DNA from: Octopus vulgaris | Taxonomy: Eukaryota | Assembly: GCA_951406725.2 (NCBI GenBank) | Contig: OX597817.1 | Location: forward strand, 92,070,001 to 92,134,000 | Direction of reading: 5' to 3' | Length of the DNA: 64,000 nt | Shown here: positions 26,467 through 38,477 of the stretch, one piece after another | How the letters are laid out: the number at the start of each line of letters is the position of its first letter | How positions within the stretch are numbered: position 1 is the first letter of the stretch | Notes under the pieces: model-generated | Seen by the model: the letters and a program-made list of their open reading frames with translations, nothing else | Told to the model about the DNA's origin: nothing | Databases searched by the model: none | Program-made: the position numbers and the translations under genes

Positions 26467-28229
26467 CACACACACACACATACAGTATTATATATCCATT
26501 TTAGCTGGTCTTACCAATCACTTTCTCACTAGATGTTCATTGAAGTGTCAGATAACAGTCTATACACACACACATACAGATTTTTTCAGTTTCCATAACA
26601 AAATGATCAACTTATAAGGCTTTAGTCAACCTGTGGTACAGCAGCATTAGCATCAGGTAACTGAGCCAAATAAGCAATATTAAGATCTCTTTTTAGTAAT
26701 AAGGCTTTCTTTTAGTGATAAAGACTAGCTTGATGAAATGAAGCCAGTCTGACAGTGATCCAACATTAACCAGCTGGTTAATGTATCCTAACTGCTGTGT
26801 AACTTTTAACAGCAAATTAATAGCTAAATATAATTTTGGTTTTCAGGTTTAGAAGTATTACGGAAATAATTATTGGTTTAGGTAGGGAGTCACTCGTAGA
26901 ATTTAGCAACAACTTAGACTACAGAGTGGATGATAGTCAAGTGCCATTTCCTGAAGACACACTGGTTGTGATGGTGACATAGTGGTGGTTGTTATGATGT
27001 GGTAGTAGTGGTGGTCATTGTGATAATGTAGTAGAGGTAGCAACCTGGTAGGGTTGGTAGTGTGATAGTGGGGACAGTAGTGTGATATGATAGTGGTGGG
27101 TTTGTAATGTAGTATGAAGATATGTGATAGTGGTAATATGATGGTGTAATAGTGATGGTGTGTTGTTGTAGAGGTGCTATATTGTTATTCAATAATAAAT
27201 TTAATAAAACTTTGCAATTGAAAAAGATATGATCAAGAAATTTTGAAGAATCAGTTAATTAGACAACAACTGTTGATGTTATGCATGTCGGGAACATAGA
27301 CACAAGAACTACATAGACGCCTTCTCTCTCTCTCTCTCTCTCTCTGTGAAGGAGTTACAAATATCAATAAAATGTGTTAAGAACCACAATTGACAATGTA
27401 CTGTGTGTGTTAAGGGGTTACAAATGACATTGAGATTTATATTTGTCAATGTCTCATAAGTGACAGTAAACTGGACATAGCTGTTAAAACATTGGATTAT
27501 CATTGAGGAACTAAGGACAAATAATATATTTCAAGCTAGGACCTCATTGACTTTTTCAAGTATGACATGATAGGAAAAGAAGGAAAGTGCTGCCTTTCAC
27601 TAAATTTATTGGAAGGTGGATGACTGTGGCAAGTATGGTCTAAGTAAACAAATCTAATTGTACTTGTAAGCCAGAGAGCATAATCATTTGCTCTGGTAGT
27701 GAGAGTAGTCCTGGAGCTGTAATGTTCTTTGATTGAGCTTAGATGGCTGACCTCCTACTGAAGTGTATTCATGTATTATTTATTGTTTATTGTTTGTGTA
27801 GTAAGCTACAAAATTCTTACAGTTTCTCAATTTCCTGTAATTTAGACCACCTCATGGTCCCAGAAGAGAAAGTGCAAAAAGTGGTACCCCGAAGAATGGT
27901 GCAGGAGATGTGCTGGAACAGCCATTCTGACTCCCAGTGCTCACACTTGCAGATAGCCATCTCTGCTCTGACAACAATGAGCAGGGATATGGTCTGGGGG
28001 CCAAGAATGCCAGATGTCTCCACTGCCACAAGCTGTCGGAGAGCGACCAATACTTTGACAGTTTGCTTTTCTCAGCCTGACGAGCAGTGGAACCTGGGCT
28101 GAGAGCTGAACACATCAAGTTGCTGCTGGTTTATTCTGTTGGTTACCATGCCTGTTTCTACAAATATGATTCTTAAAAACCTATCTAATTTGTCCTTGTT
28201 ATATTTCAACTTGTGAAAAATAAAGAGAT

Positions 28230-28612
28230 GCAGTGGATTGGCAAAAATCAGCAGAATATCAGACAAAATGCCTTTCAGTATTTAATTACATTTGTTTACA
28301 TTCTCAGTCCAGACTTTCCTTTTAATATTTCTAAGACTAGTAAAATAAAGTAACAATCAAGCATTAAAATTTTGTTTAATTAACCACATCCTCCTCATAA
28401 ATGTTGCTCTGGGCCACTGGCACAATCATTAATGTGCTGGAATGTTTTGCAGTATTAGTTCCAGCTCTTCAGTTTCAGAGTTCAAACTCAACCATGTCAT
28501 TCATCTTTTTGGAGTAGATAAAATAAAGTACCACTCAAGTACTGGAGTCAATGGTATCAACTAAACCTCTTCTCAAATTTCAAGCCTTGTGCTGAAATTT
28601 GAAACAATTATT
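28230..28612 (+). mobile_element. Two tandem decayed tRNA-derived SINEs
   Basis: Same modules as the other copies (cagagttcaaact, ataaaataaagtacc, ttgaaacaattatt). Confidence 0.6.
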
Positions 28613-29169
28613 ATCATAAACACTGTCATGAAGTCTACTGGATGTTCTAACATCCATATCTTACCCAAGAATATTAATGAGATTAAACAATTTAAAGTTA
28701 AAGTTAATTTCCTCCAAGTGGAACAAGAAAGAATTCTGAGTGGATTCTCTACTGATTTCCTTAAGTGCTTAAATGAAGACAGTTTACCAAATTTTCACTG
28801 GAATACTTACAGGAACTTGCTAAGTCAGACACATAATATCACACAAAATGTTTAGCAATAAAGATGGAAGTATGCATGACTACAGCATTAATGGTGGCTC
28901 TATTAGAAGATAAGATAGGAAATCATTTTAGCTTCAAAGAACTGCATATTTATAGAAGACGTAAGATGGTGGAAGAAAGAAGACATTTCTAAGTTAACCC
29001 TTTTGTTACAATATTTCGGACCAAAATACACCCCTCATGAGTTTCATTTAAATTCTAAAATAATCATGAATCTAGGCTTGTTTCATTAAATAACTGTAAC
29101 TTTTTTACTTATCAACATATTAATGTGATATTTGGAACATAATTAAAGAAAGGGTTCTTAATCAATTCT

Positions 29170-29402
29170 TATTTCTTTACTGCCCACAAGGGGCTACACA
29201 CAGAGGGGACAAACAAGGACAGACAAACGGATTAAGTTGATTATATCGACCCCAGTGTGTAACTAGTATTTATTTAATCGACCCCCGAAAGGATGAAAGG
29301 CAAAGTTGACCTAGGCGGAATTTGAACTCAGAACGTAAAGACAGACGAAACACTGCTAAGCATTTCACCCGGCGTGCTAACGATTCTGCCAGCTCACCGC
29401 CA
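29170..29402 (-). mobile_element. Young full-length tRNA-derived SINE with 15-bp TSD
   Basis: TSD TTCTTAATCAATTCT at 29155-29169 and 29403-29417. Head ggcggtgagctggcagaatcgttagcacg and B-box-like gagttcaaattcc. Confidence 0.92.
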
Positions 29403-29831
29403 TTCTTAATCAATTCTATTGCATAACTTTTGTCTCAAAGTGACTTTAATTACCGGTAAATCAGGTAAATTGAGCAAAAGGTAAAAATATTAAAATTTTA
29501 AATTGAGCAAAAGGTAAAAATATTAAAATCTTGTTGAAACATCACCATAGAAAATGAATCATCAGCTAATATTCAAATGGGTATGCAACAAAATTTTTAT
29601 AAAGAAGAATTGTGCACATCACTATATCATCTGTTGAATTTAATGCACAACAGGTGTACCATAAAGGTGGAATAAAGTGAAATACTGGAATCCACCGCAA
29701 GTTTGAACAAACTAAAGAAATCGGTCAAAAAATAATATACGGCCCTGGTTATGGTATGGAAGTGATAAATTCCAGACCACATCGTTTCCTAGGCCATGCT
29801 GACTAACATTATTTTCCCTGTATAAAAACTA

Positions 29832-30453
29832 GATAAAATTACAGATTAACACCCGCACGATTTTCACTAAGAAAAAAAAAAAGAACTCGGATTTTTTGCA
29901 TGGAATCAAGTACCCTGACCTCCTAATATGCTGCAAATCCCATATTTTGGTCCGGAATTGCTCCGGAAAGGGGGGGGTAACCCCCCCCCCCCGGAATTTT
30001 CACAAGGAAAAAAACCTCAGATTTCTTGTGTGGAATCAAGTAACCTGACCTCCTAATATGCTGCAAATCCCATATTTTGGTCCGGAATTGCTCCGGAAAT
30101 TTTCTAGAAACGTTTCTTTTCTAAATTATTGATATATTATTTTTTTTTTTCCTTGTGAAAATTCCGGGGAGGGGGTCACCCCCCTTTCCGGAGCAATTCC
30201 GGACCAAAATATGGGATTTGCAGCATATTAGGAGGTCAGGTTACTTGATTCCACGCAAAAAATCTGATTTTTTCCATGTGAAAATTCCGGGGGTGGGGGT
30301 AACACCCTACCCCCTTTCCGGAGCAATTCCGGACCAAAATATGGGATTTGCAGCATATTAGGAGGTCAGGGTACTTGATTCCACGCAAAAAATCCGAGCT
30401 TTTTTTTTTTTTTCTTAGTGAAAATCGTGCGGGTGTTAATCTGTAATTTTACC
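29832..30453. mobile_element. Merlin-like foldback MITE
   Basis: Perfect 8-bp TSD AAAAACTA (29824-29831, 30454-30461). Termini G(A/G)TAAAATTACAG; inverted arms of about 265 bp built from ~120-bp tandem units. Confidence 0.85.
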
Positions 30454-30680
30454 AAAAACTAAATCCACAGCAGTACCCAGTATTTACTTCACAAATTTTA
30501 CAAACTTTGATCCCCGATTTTGTGTTTTGTTTACATTCTGCGTAAATTTGTTTTCGAAGTGATCGCTTCAAACTAGCATACTGAAAAAAATAAAAGTCTA
30601 ATGGTTTCACTTACTAAGAAAGGCTATAGATAAACTTTATCTCCTCAGAAAAATTGCTAATAAAAACATTAAAAAATGTT

Positions 30681-31419
30681 GGCGATCTTTCGTTTATAGT
30701 AGCACGTTTCCGTCGATGATTTCCGTAAAAAACTTTTATTCTTTTACATATGGGTTTGCGGGAACATTTGAAGTAATGAGAGCGAAAGAGACTAAGAGGA
30801 AGCGATTTTATGACGAGGGAATTTCTTTTGAAGTAACCGAAGCATTGATGTACATGTGAGTGTTTGATGGGGTGTGGGAGACAGACAGTATGTTGTGTAA
30901 GTGAAGTGCTTCTGTTAGTGTGTGTGAAGAGACAGAGTAATGTGTGAAAGAGAGAGATAACTGAAATTTTTTACTCGGTGTATGTGTATATGTATGTATG
31001 CATGTATGTGTGTGTGTGTGTATGTATCTATGTATGTATGTGTGTATGTATCTATGTATGTGTGTGTGTATGTATGTATGGCCGATTCAGTGTAATTTTT
31101 TACTCGGTGTATGTGTATATGTATGTATGCATGTATGTGTGTGTGTATATGTATGTCTGAATGTATGTGTGTGTGTGTGTAAGTATGTGTGTGTATGTAT
31201 GTATGTATGTATGGCCGATTCAGTGTAATTTTTTACTCGGTGTATGTGTATATGTGCTTTGGTAACTTCAAAAAGAAATTCCCTCGTCATAAAATCGCTT
31301 CCTCTTAGTCTCTTTCGCTCTCATTACTTCAAATGTTCCCGCAAGCCCATATGTAAAAGAATAAAAGTTTTTTACGGAAATCATCGACGGAAACGTGCTA
31401 CTACAAACGAAAGATCGCC
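30681..31419. mobile_element. Merlin-like MITE with ~165-bp TIRs
   Basis: GGCGATCTTTCG...CGAAAGATCGCC with flanks AAAATGTT / AAAATTTT (8 bp, one mismatch). The interior has tandem ttttttactcggtg + (TATG/TG)n units. Confidence 0.82.
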
Positions 31420-32769
31420 AAAATTTTTTTTACTTCATTCCGATGTAAAATCGTCTTTGTTTCTTCGGAATCGCTTTCATTTTCGGATAAAAAAAATCCT
31501 ATTCATTATTTTGTACACCACGTGCTTCTGTACCTATTTCATTCTTTTTCTCGATATCTCCCTATTTTCCGTTGAAAAAGCTTTAAATTCGGAATCAATG
31601 CTTGATAACATGAAACTCCTATCCATTTTCAAAGTTGAAGAAAAATCAATGCCGAAAAAATGTGGAAAAAAATCTCCCAAAATTCACGGAATTAAAATTA
31701 CACGTCGATCGTTGTACAAAACTGTAGATGAACTGTTTACGAAGTATAATCACGGGTTTTCACGAATGTACTAAAGAGATTTGCTCTGATATTCTCATTT
31801 AAATATGAATAGGTAAATACGGACGGCTTTGGTCGGTTTGGTCACATTAACCAAAATTTTTTTCGGGCGGCTTTGGGCGGTTTGGTAACGAAAGGGTCAA
31901 CATAATTAAGATAATGAGTATTACATTAATTATATCTCTAATTATGTAGTGAGGAATAAGCAACATCATCTTAGTGACTAATATTACTCAGACAAATACG
32001 GGAGACATGGATATGTTTCAGTCTTATTATACCTCCACAGTGAAGCAAAGCCTTCACAGTTCTTGCCAAAGAAGTAATAAGATTCACAAAGTAGTTGTAC
32101 AATATTGTACACAAGTAAGCATAAAAAATTAACATACTTAAAACAAATATATCACTTAGGTTAATTGCTCAGTGGTGTCATCCATATGTACAGGAAAAAA
32201 AGGAAAAAATAGCTAAGCTAGTGTTAACGTTTTTAATGCATCAAGCATCAAAAATCTAAATCAAAATATACAAGCTATAGATACAATTAGAGAACAAGCA
32301 ATAGACAATCTGACTGCAATCAATAATAAACAGCTAAATGACAAAGTATTGCTAACAAAGTTAACAGGTGTAATAGACAAGACCAGTAAGCCAACTTCTA
32401 TGCAGTTGTTTGACTGGTTCAATGTAGCAACCATTTCTGCAGCAACAGACTACTGTTTTTAATATGGCAATCCTATGTTTTATTCCTCATAAGTTAGAAC
32501 TGGGGCTGACAATAAATGGACCACGAGGTAATCAGATCTTTTCTAAAAACAAAAATTTATAAAATTTAATGTTTAAGTTATAAGAATTTAGAAACTTTGA
32601 GAGAATTGAAGTAAATTACTTTTTATGGTGGAACTTGAAGTAGATAAAGCTATAAATAATAACCTGTGGAATATTGGGCTAAAAATCCCCTTGGATGGAA
32701 AAAAAAGATAAAAGCAGCCTTTTACTTTCATCAAATTAGGGTTGAGAGGCAAGATAACGGCACTGACAA

Positions 32770-34710
32770 TAAGGGAGCCTCTATATGCTACTCAGTCTAA
32801 TAGAAATAACAGTTAAATCTCACACAAAATACACCCTCCTATTTTAAAAAGACACTTTGGATGATGTGGTCTTGGATACACTAAGTGCATTTAAGGCTGA
32901 ATTTAGAACTGAACAAGGGAAAAATTACAGGTTTATCAATAACAGACAAGCATTCTTTCCAAGGCAAATGTTTGTCTCTCATTTATTAATACCATAAAAC
33001 AAACGAAACACTGACTCTTAAAAGATCTATGAAGCTTAGAGGACTTTTTTCTTTTTACTTTAACTCTTCAAAATTAATTTTGATTTAAATTTTTCTAGAG
33101 TGTAATAGCTGTGGTTTAGGTATAATCTCTGCAAATACATAGACAACATAATTAAAAATTTTTAGGATGGTGTAATTATCAATAATTAGAGAAGTTGTAG
33201 GAATGATCACACCATATATCCCAAAACGGGGAGAGAATCTCATTATACTTACTTGACTTGCTAGAAATGGCAGATCAACTAAATCACCTTTAAATCACAT
33301 CGTACTGATTTGAAAAAAAAAAAACACACTGGATAATGTAGTTAAAAATCTACTGTTTGCTAAAAAAGAAAGGAAAAAGACAGGTTGCAGCTATGACTTC
33401 ACTTAATGTACTAAAAATAGCAGCCACCTATCCCTCAATTATATACAAATGTCTTAGAAAAGAAGCAAAAATAGGATACATTATGCCTTAAAAAAAGATG
33501 ATGGTTCTAACACCTTTGAATTACAGATTTATTCACAATCAAGGTGAATAAAAGACAGCTTAAGACCTTTGGTCACACACTTGGTCAATCAGGGCTAACC
33601 TTTTGCTAAATAATAGCAACAAACTAATGAAGGAGTCTCTTCAAGCCAGCAAGAAATAGCAAACAAATCTCCTTCAAATCATATCTTACTATCTAAATAA
33701 GGAAAGAACAACCTGGATAATTTAATCCTTATTACCCTACATCTAAAAATAAAGAAAAAGATTATTACATCTGGTTTGCCTTTTATCAAATGCTTTTATA
33801 ATCAAGGCTAGTCTGGGGCTACAACTACATAGGTAAAAGGACAAGTTTAAATTTCTCAGTTTGGTCTCTTAATTACATCTATGAGGTACCCTACAATAGT
33901 TCCCACTCCTTAGTGTAACGTATTTTCTCTAAGCCACTTGTCAGAAAATAGCGAATCTACTTTTGATACATTTTCCCCCTCAGCATTTTCCTATGAATAA
34001 AGCTTAGATTGAAAACCTTATTTGTTTCAAGTATGTTAACACATCTACTATCATATTAAAAAGGAGCATTTTGAAGAGTGGAAACTCTTATGGTATCTAC
34101 CATAGTATAGTTTGTTCTAATAGAACATCCATGATTAAGTGGGGATAAATATTGCCTTTTGGTATTAATACCACCTCTGTTGCTAATATACATTTCATAA
34201 GCTTAAGGAAACAGGAGAGATAGAGCTTCTATTTGATTGCTTCATCTACTAAATGTAAAGGCCAATATTCTTTATATTGCAACCTACTGTCTTAGTAAAA
34301 TAAAGGACAAATAGATAATTGAAGTCCTCGGAAAAAAGGATGGAATAGTGACAGCAGGAATATTTTTGCTGATAGGCCAGCATACTTAGACTGACCTAAA
34401 GAAGAATGTCTTCAAATTGGAATTTGCCACCTCTAGGCAAACTACTGCAGAAACTACTGAAATATTTTGTAAATCACTGCAAAGTAAGGTGACAAAACAG
34501 TTGGAAGGTGAGGGTGATGTATGTGTTAGTGTGTATATGATCTGTGTGAAGAGAGAGAGAGAGAGAATTAATATCTTTTTATGATTGAGCACATATGGGA
34601 CAAATACGGACCTTAATAGAATGTCTGAATAAAAGACATGATGGTCACAGCTAGAATGTTTTTGAATATAGGTATGCTTAATCATGTCTAACTTAGGCTA
34701 AATAACAATT
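32770..34710 (+). repeat. Cluster of an unclassified ~200-bp interspersed repeat
   Basis: Recurrent ctagaaatagcagccaaatctccctcaaatcaca...ggataatgt...ggctaaa(t/c)aac modules, five or six decayed copies. Confidence 0.65.
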
Positions 34711-34719
34711 TATTCCTCC

Positions 34720-36470
34720 ACTAGCTATTCAATGTATGGTCTAAGTGATGCAGTATAAACTTATAACATGTCATCTGTGTTCAAATCTCACCAGAAGTGA
34801 TTTCTGCTTTCCATCCAACCAGGGTCCATAAAATAAAATACCAATGAAGTAATTATAGTAAATTAAATCACTTCTATCCTTCGTCCCTAAGATATGTGAC
34901 CTTGTGGCAGTGTTAGAAATTGGTGGATGGCAGAATTGGAAGAGTGGCAAACAAAATATTTTGCCATATTTAGTTACATTTGTGTTGCACTTCCAATCTT
35001 ATCAAGGTTGAATTTGCCATTCTTCTTGCTATAGTTCATAAATTAAGTACCATTCAAATACTAGGATTTCATTTAATTGACTATATTCAACTCTTCAATG
35101 AGTATATGCCACCTTCTGCCTTGGATAGAAATAATCATCATCATTATTATATATATTGTTTCTTGTGAACATCTTCCAAATATAATTTTGAAGGCCTAAA
35201 AGCAGTTTTCTCTGTTCTTAACCTCCATACTTTGCAGAAGTCTAATAAGTATTCTGATACTTGTTTATTATTAAATACTGAGAAAGGTCTACTTATGTAA
35301 TGTTAAGTAGTACTCTCCAACATTATATATGAACTCAATAAAATTGTGTTTCTCAAGGGAAAGGGCTACTCTTCAAATCTTTTTTCACTGAATCATTAAA
35401 GCTTATTTTTGTTGACAGCTTAGTCTAAGTAGGACAAAATATGACTTTATAACAAAGTTACCAAGAATGGTGGAAGGGAGGATTAGCCTGAGTCTGGAAA
35501 TCTTATTGCAAAGAGGTAGATTCCACAAATAACACTTAAGAATTCAGGTGATAGAGTTATATTGGGTAACATTTAAACTGTCTCACCCAATGTGTACAGT
35601 CCATATGATAGGCTTCCATACTATTTCTGTGAACTCAGATTAATCACAGTATTTTGACTGATCTAAGGTCATGGTAAAAGACACCCAAAGTACAACACAG
35701 TTGGTCTGAATATGGAACCATATAATTTTGAAGAGAACTTCATAACTATATAATCATACACAACATGTATAATTTAATTATTTATATATTATCTGGAGCA
35801 GTGGTTTTGAGCTATATTCTAAAGATGCTTTATGAGTTATTTCCGTTATGGTATATTTTATTACATTTTAAAATGGTGCTATAAAATTTATTATGAGTAA
35901 TAGTAATAGCCTGCTCCAAAATAAGTGGCTGTGTGAGGGCATGGGTGACCAATTTAGTAGAGTGCAATATAAAATAACTATGTTCTAAGTTATATTACTT
36001 TATATTCAGAGTTCAAATCTCATTGTATTCATTAACTTTGCTTTTCATTATTTCTAGGGTATACCCTAGAATATGTACCTGTCAATTACAATGGTTGATT
36101 AAATCAACAATACTCTTTTAATCTTTCAGCCTTTCTAAAGTAGATTAAATTTGTCAATAGCAATAAGGGATAAATAAACTGAACTCTCTTCCTTTCAATC
36201 TTTCTAGAATAGATTAAATAAGTACCTGTCAAATATTGTTATTGATTAAATCAAATATGCACCTTTGCCAAATATTTGTAGCCTTGTGACTATAAAGAAG
36301 TCATTATTGGTATTATTAATGGTGTTTGAGGGGCAGAACTAGTAAAATGTAGGATAAAATGTAGTATTTAGTTTAAGTTCTATCTTCAAATCTCACAAAG
36401 CTCACCTTTGACCATTATCCTTTCAGTATTAGTAAAGTACAATCAAGTACTGAGGAGGTTTTAAATATAT
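34720..36470 (+). mobile_element. Several old tRNA-derived SINE copies
   Basis: Decayed ttcaaatctc...tttgc...ataaaat...gtacc modules at about 34720-35130 and 35990-36460. Confidence 0.55.
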
Positions 36471-37932
36471 TTGCTCTATTTAATAATGTATAACCTTGCA
36501 ATTACGTTGGAAATCCTTATTTTTATAGATATGAAACTGGTTTCGCACGTCTGTTTACTCATACTCAATTTTATGTACCACACCACCAATGTTTTTGTAA
36601 TTAGTCCCTTCAACGATTGCCCTTGTAGCAAATGATTAATGCTATTGCTAGATGATAGGTGACAGAACTGGTAGAACAATAAGTATTGGGTATTTAATGA
36701 GATTTCTGAGGTTGATGTGGTTGATCATCTTTCTATGCTCAATAAAGTAAGTACCTGTATACATTCATAACTTACATAATATCCTCTCTTAATATTTAAA
36801 GATGACTTCTCTCCTAAGTGGCCAGATGTTCTGATGTGGACATCTAGGTTGCCCTCCTCTGACAACCACTCACATCAGCATGCACACTTTGACCTGGAAA
36901 TGATTAATGTCATTAGCAAGGTCCTCAGGTGTGATCAACATCTAGGAATCCAGCGATATTTCCATTTTGTTTTGCTGGTATTGGGAGGTGGACTTGAATC
37001 CCATTACTACTCCTGCAACCCCAACTATTGTTATCACCCTGATCTGATCTCTGTGGGGTGCTATGCTGGAGGCTCAGATTTATTATAAACTTCTAGAACA
37101 TGTAAATGGTTATAGCCATTGATCTAACCCCTTTTCATTGTTGCAGATAGCAATAATAGTCCCATGTTGTCTTCCTCTTGCTATGTAGGTGTTTGTAAAA
37201 TAGGTTCCTCATAGACACTTTCCTATTTGAGTTGGGGTTGAGCATTGTAGTTTCCATACACTAGTACACAATGCTTCTTATCTTTTATGTCATCCTCATA
37301 TTTCTTGGTTATTTCCTGCTTGCCATCCAGTAAATGGATTGTATTCACTGTACTTAACAGAAGCAAACAATATTTTCTTTGTAGTCTAATAATGATTGGT
37401 TAATGTCATTATTATTGTAGACACTGCTGTTGTAACAAGTAATACTGCTACTTACCTACCAGTTTGAGATAGACTCTACAAGCACAGGTGTGCTGTCAGA
37501 TGGACTTGTCTGTATATGATGACACTACAATTGCTTCAACTATGACTTTAATACTTTTTATTGCTATGGTTGCAACACCTGCATCAGTTGTAGGAGAGAC
37601 TCTGACAACATTCTCAATGCTGGCTATCTATCATCTTTCTCTTAAACTCTAATCTCTTCCTTTCTGTTTCTTTCACATCAAACATGATTCCTTGGCTGGA
37701 ATCCATCATTTTCTTTTTTAGATATGAATTTTTTAACAATTACAAAGAAAACTTTAAGTCAACACTGCTTTACAGTTCACAAAAAAAGCAAACTGCACCT
37801 AAATATAAAATTATTAACCAAAACAAATAATAAATTCTCATATAGGTAAAAGAAAAATATAATTTTTGTAAAAATTTGTGCTGCTAAAATGTAACATGGT
37901 TTATGAAAGATGATGATAATAATAACATATAC

Positions 37933-38013
37933 CAAAGGTGTCCATCCAGCATGGTCTTTTGTATTTACATTAGCTCCTTCAGTCAGCAGGATCTGTACTT
38001 TTGCCAGATTATT
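37933..38013 (-). CDS. BARD1: BARD1 internal exon (ankyrin repeat), 81 nt, phase 0-0
   Basis: Minus strand reads atttcag|AAT AAT CTG...ACA CCT TTG|gtatat. Translation NNLAKVQILLTEGANVNTKDHAGWTPL matches the BARD1 motif NVKDHAGWTPL. 81 nt is the length I recall for human exon 5. Confidence 0.92.
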
Positions 38014-38111
38014 CTGAAATAAGCAAGTAAAATCATAACGATGTAAGATAGAGAAACAGTATCTAAATTTAAAACAAATAATTACAATCTTTAAGATAAT
38101 TCACATTATTA

Positions 38112-38320
38112 AGATGGTGAGCTGGCAGAGTTGTTAGTACGCCAAACAAAATGCTTAGCAGCATTTCATCCAGCTTTATATTCTGAGTTCAAATTCTGCC
38201 AAAGTTGACTTTGCCTTTCATCCTTTTGAGACTGGTAAAATAAGTACCAGTGAAGCACAGGAGTCGATATAATCAACTAGCCCACAACATTTCAGACCAT
38301 AGCCTATAATAGAAAGGAGT
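38112..38320 (+). mobile_element. tRNA-derived SINE about 100 bp from a BARD1 splice acceptor
   Basis: gatggtgagctggcagagttgttagtacg...ctgagttcaaattc...gactttgcctttcatcc. Confidence 0.85.
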
Positions 38321-38477
38321 AGCTTCATCATCATCATTATTATTATTATAATTATTAATATTATTATTATGTAGTAGTAGCTTGGTTCTATATAAACTTA
38401 AAACCATCCAAAAAATTTCATATTTACTGTGGAATTTTCATGGGCACTGTTAGTACTTATTATAACTGCACAGAGTC

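Larger units (their letters stand above)
28998..31896 (-). mobile_element. piggyBac deletion derivative hosting nested insertions
   Basis: TTAA|CCCTTTTGTTAC...GTAACGAAAGGG|TCAA. Minus-strand transposase remnants are MDRSFMLSSIDSEFKAFSTE (~31625) and HGLGNDVVWNLSLPYHNQGRIL (~29800). Its ends match the element at 55442-57068. Confidence 0.9.

Noticed and set aside
29170-29402. tRNA gene
   Set aside because: The tRNA-like head is followed by a SINE body and TSD, with no complete cloverleaf evident.
29466-29529. 33-bp-period tandem duplication
   Set aside because: Ordinary slippage inside a dead transposon.
31244-31774. 176-aa plus-strand ORF
   Set aside because: Spans a MITE TIR and the antisense of a piggyBac remnant, with no recognisable domain.
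37449-37640. Cryptic BARD1 exon ending at a strong AG|GTAAGT donor (~37454, minus)
   Set aside because: No clear acceptor or BARD1-like translation, and a donor match alone is insufficient.
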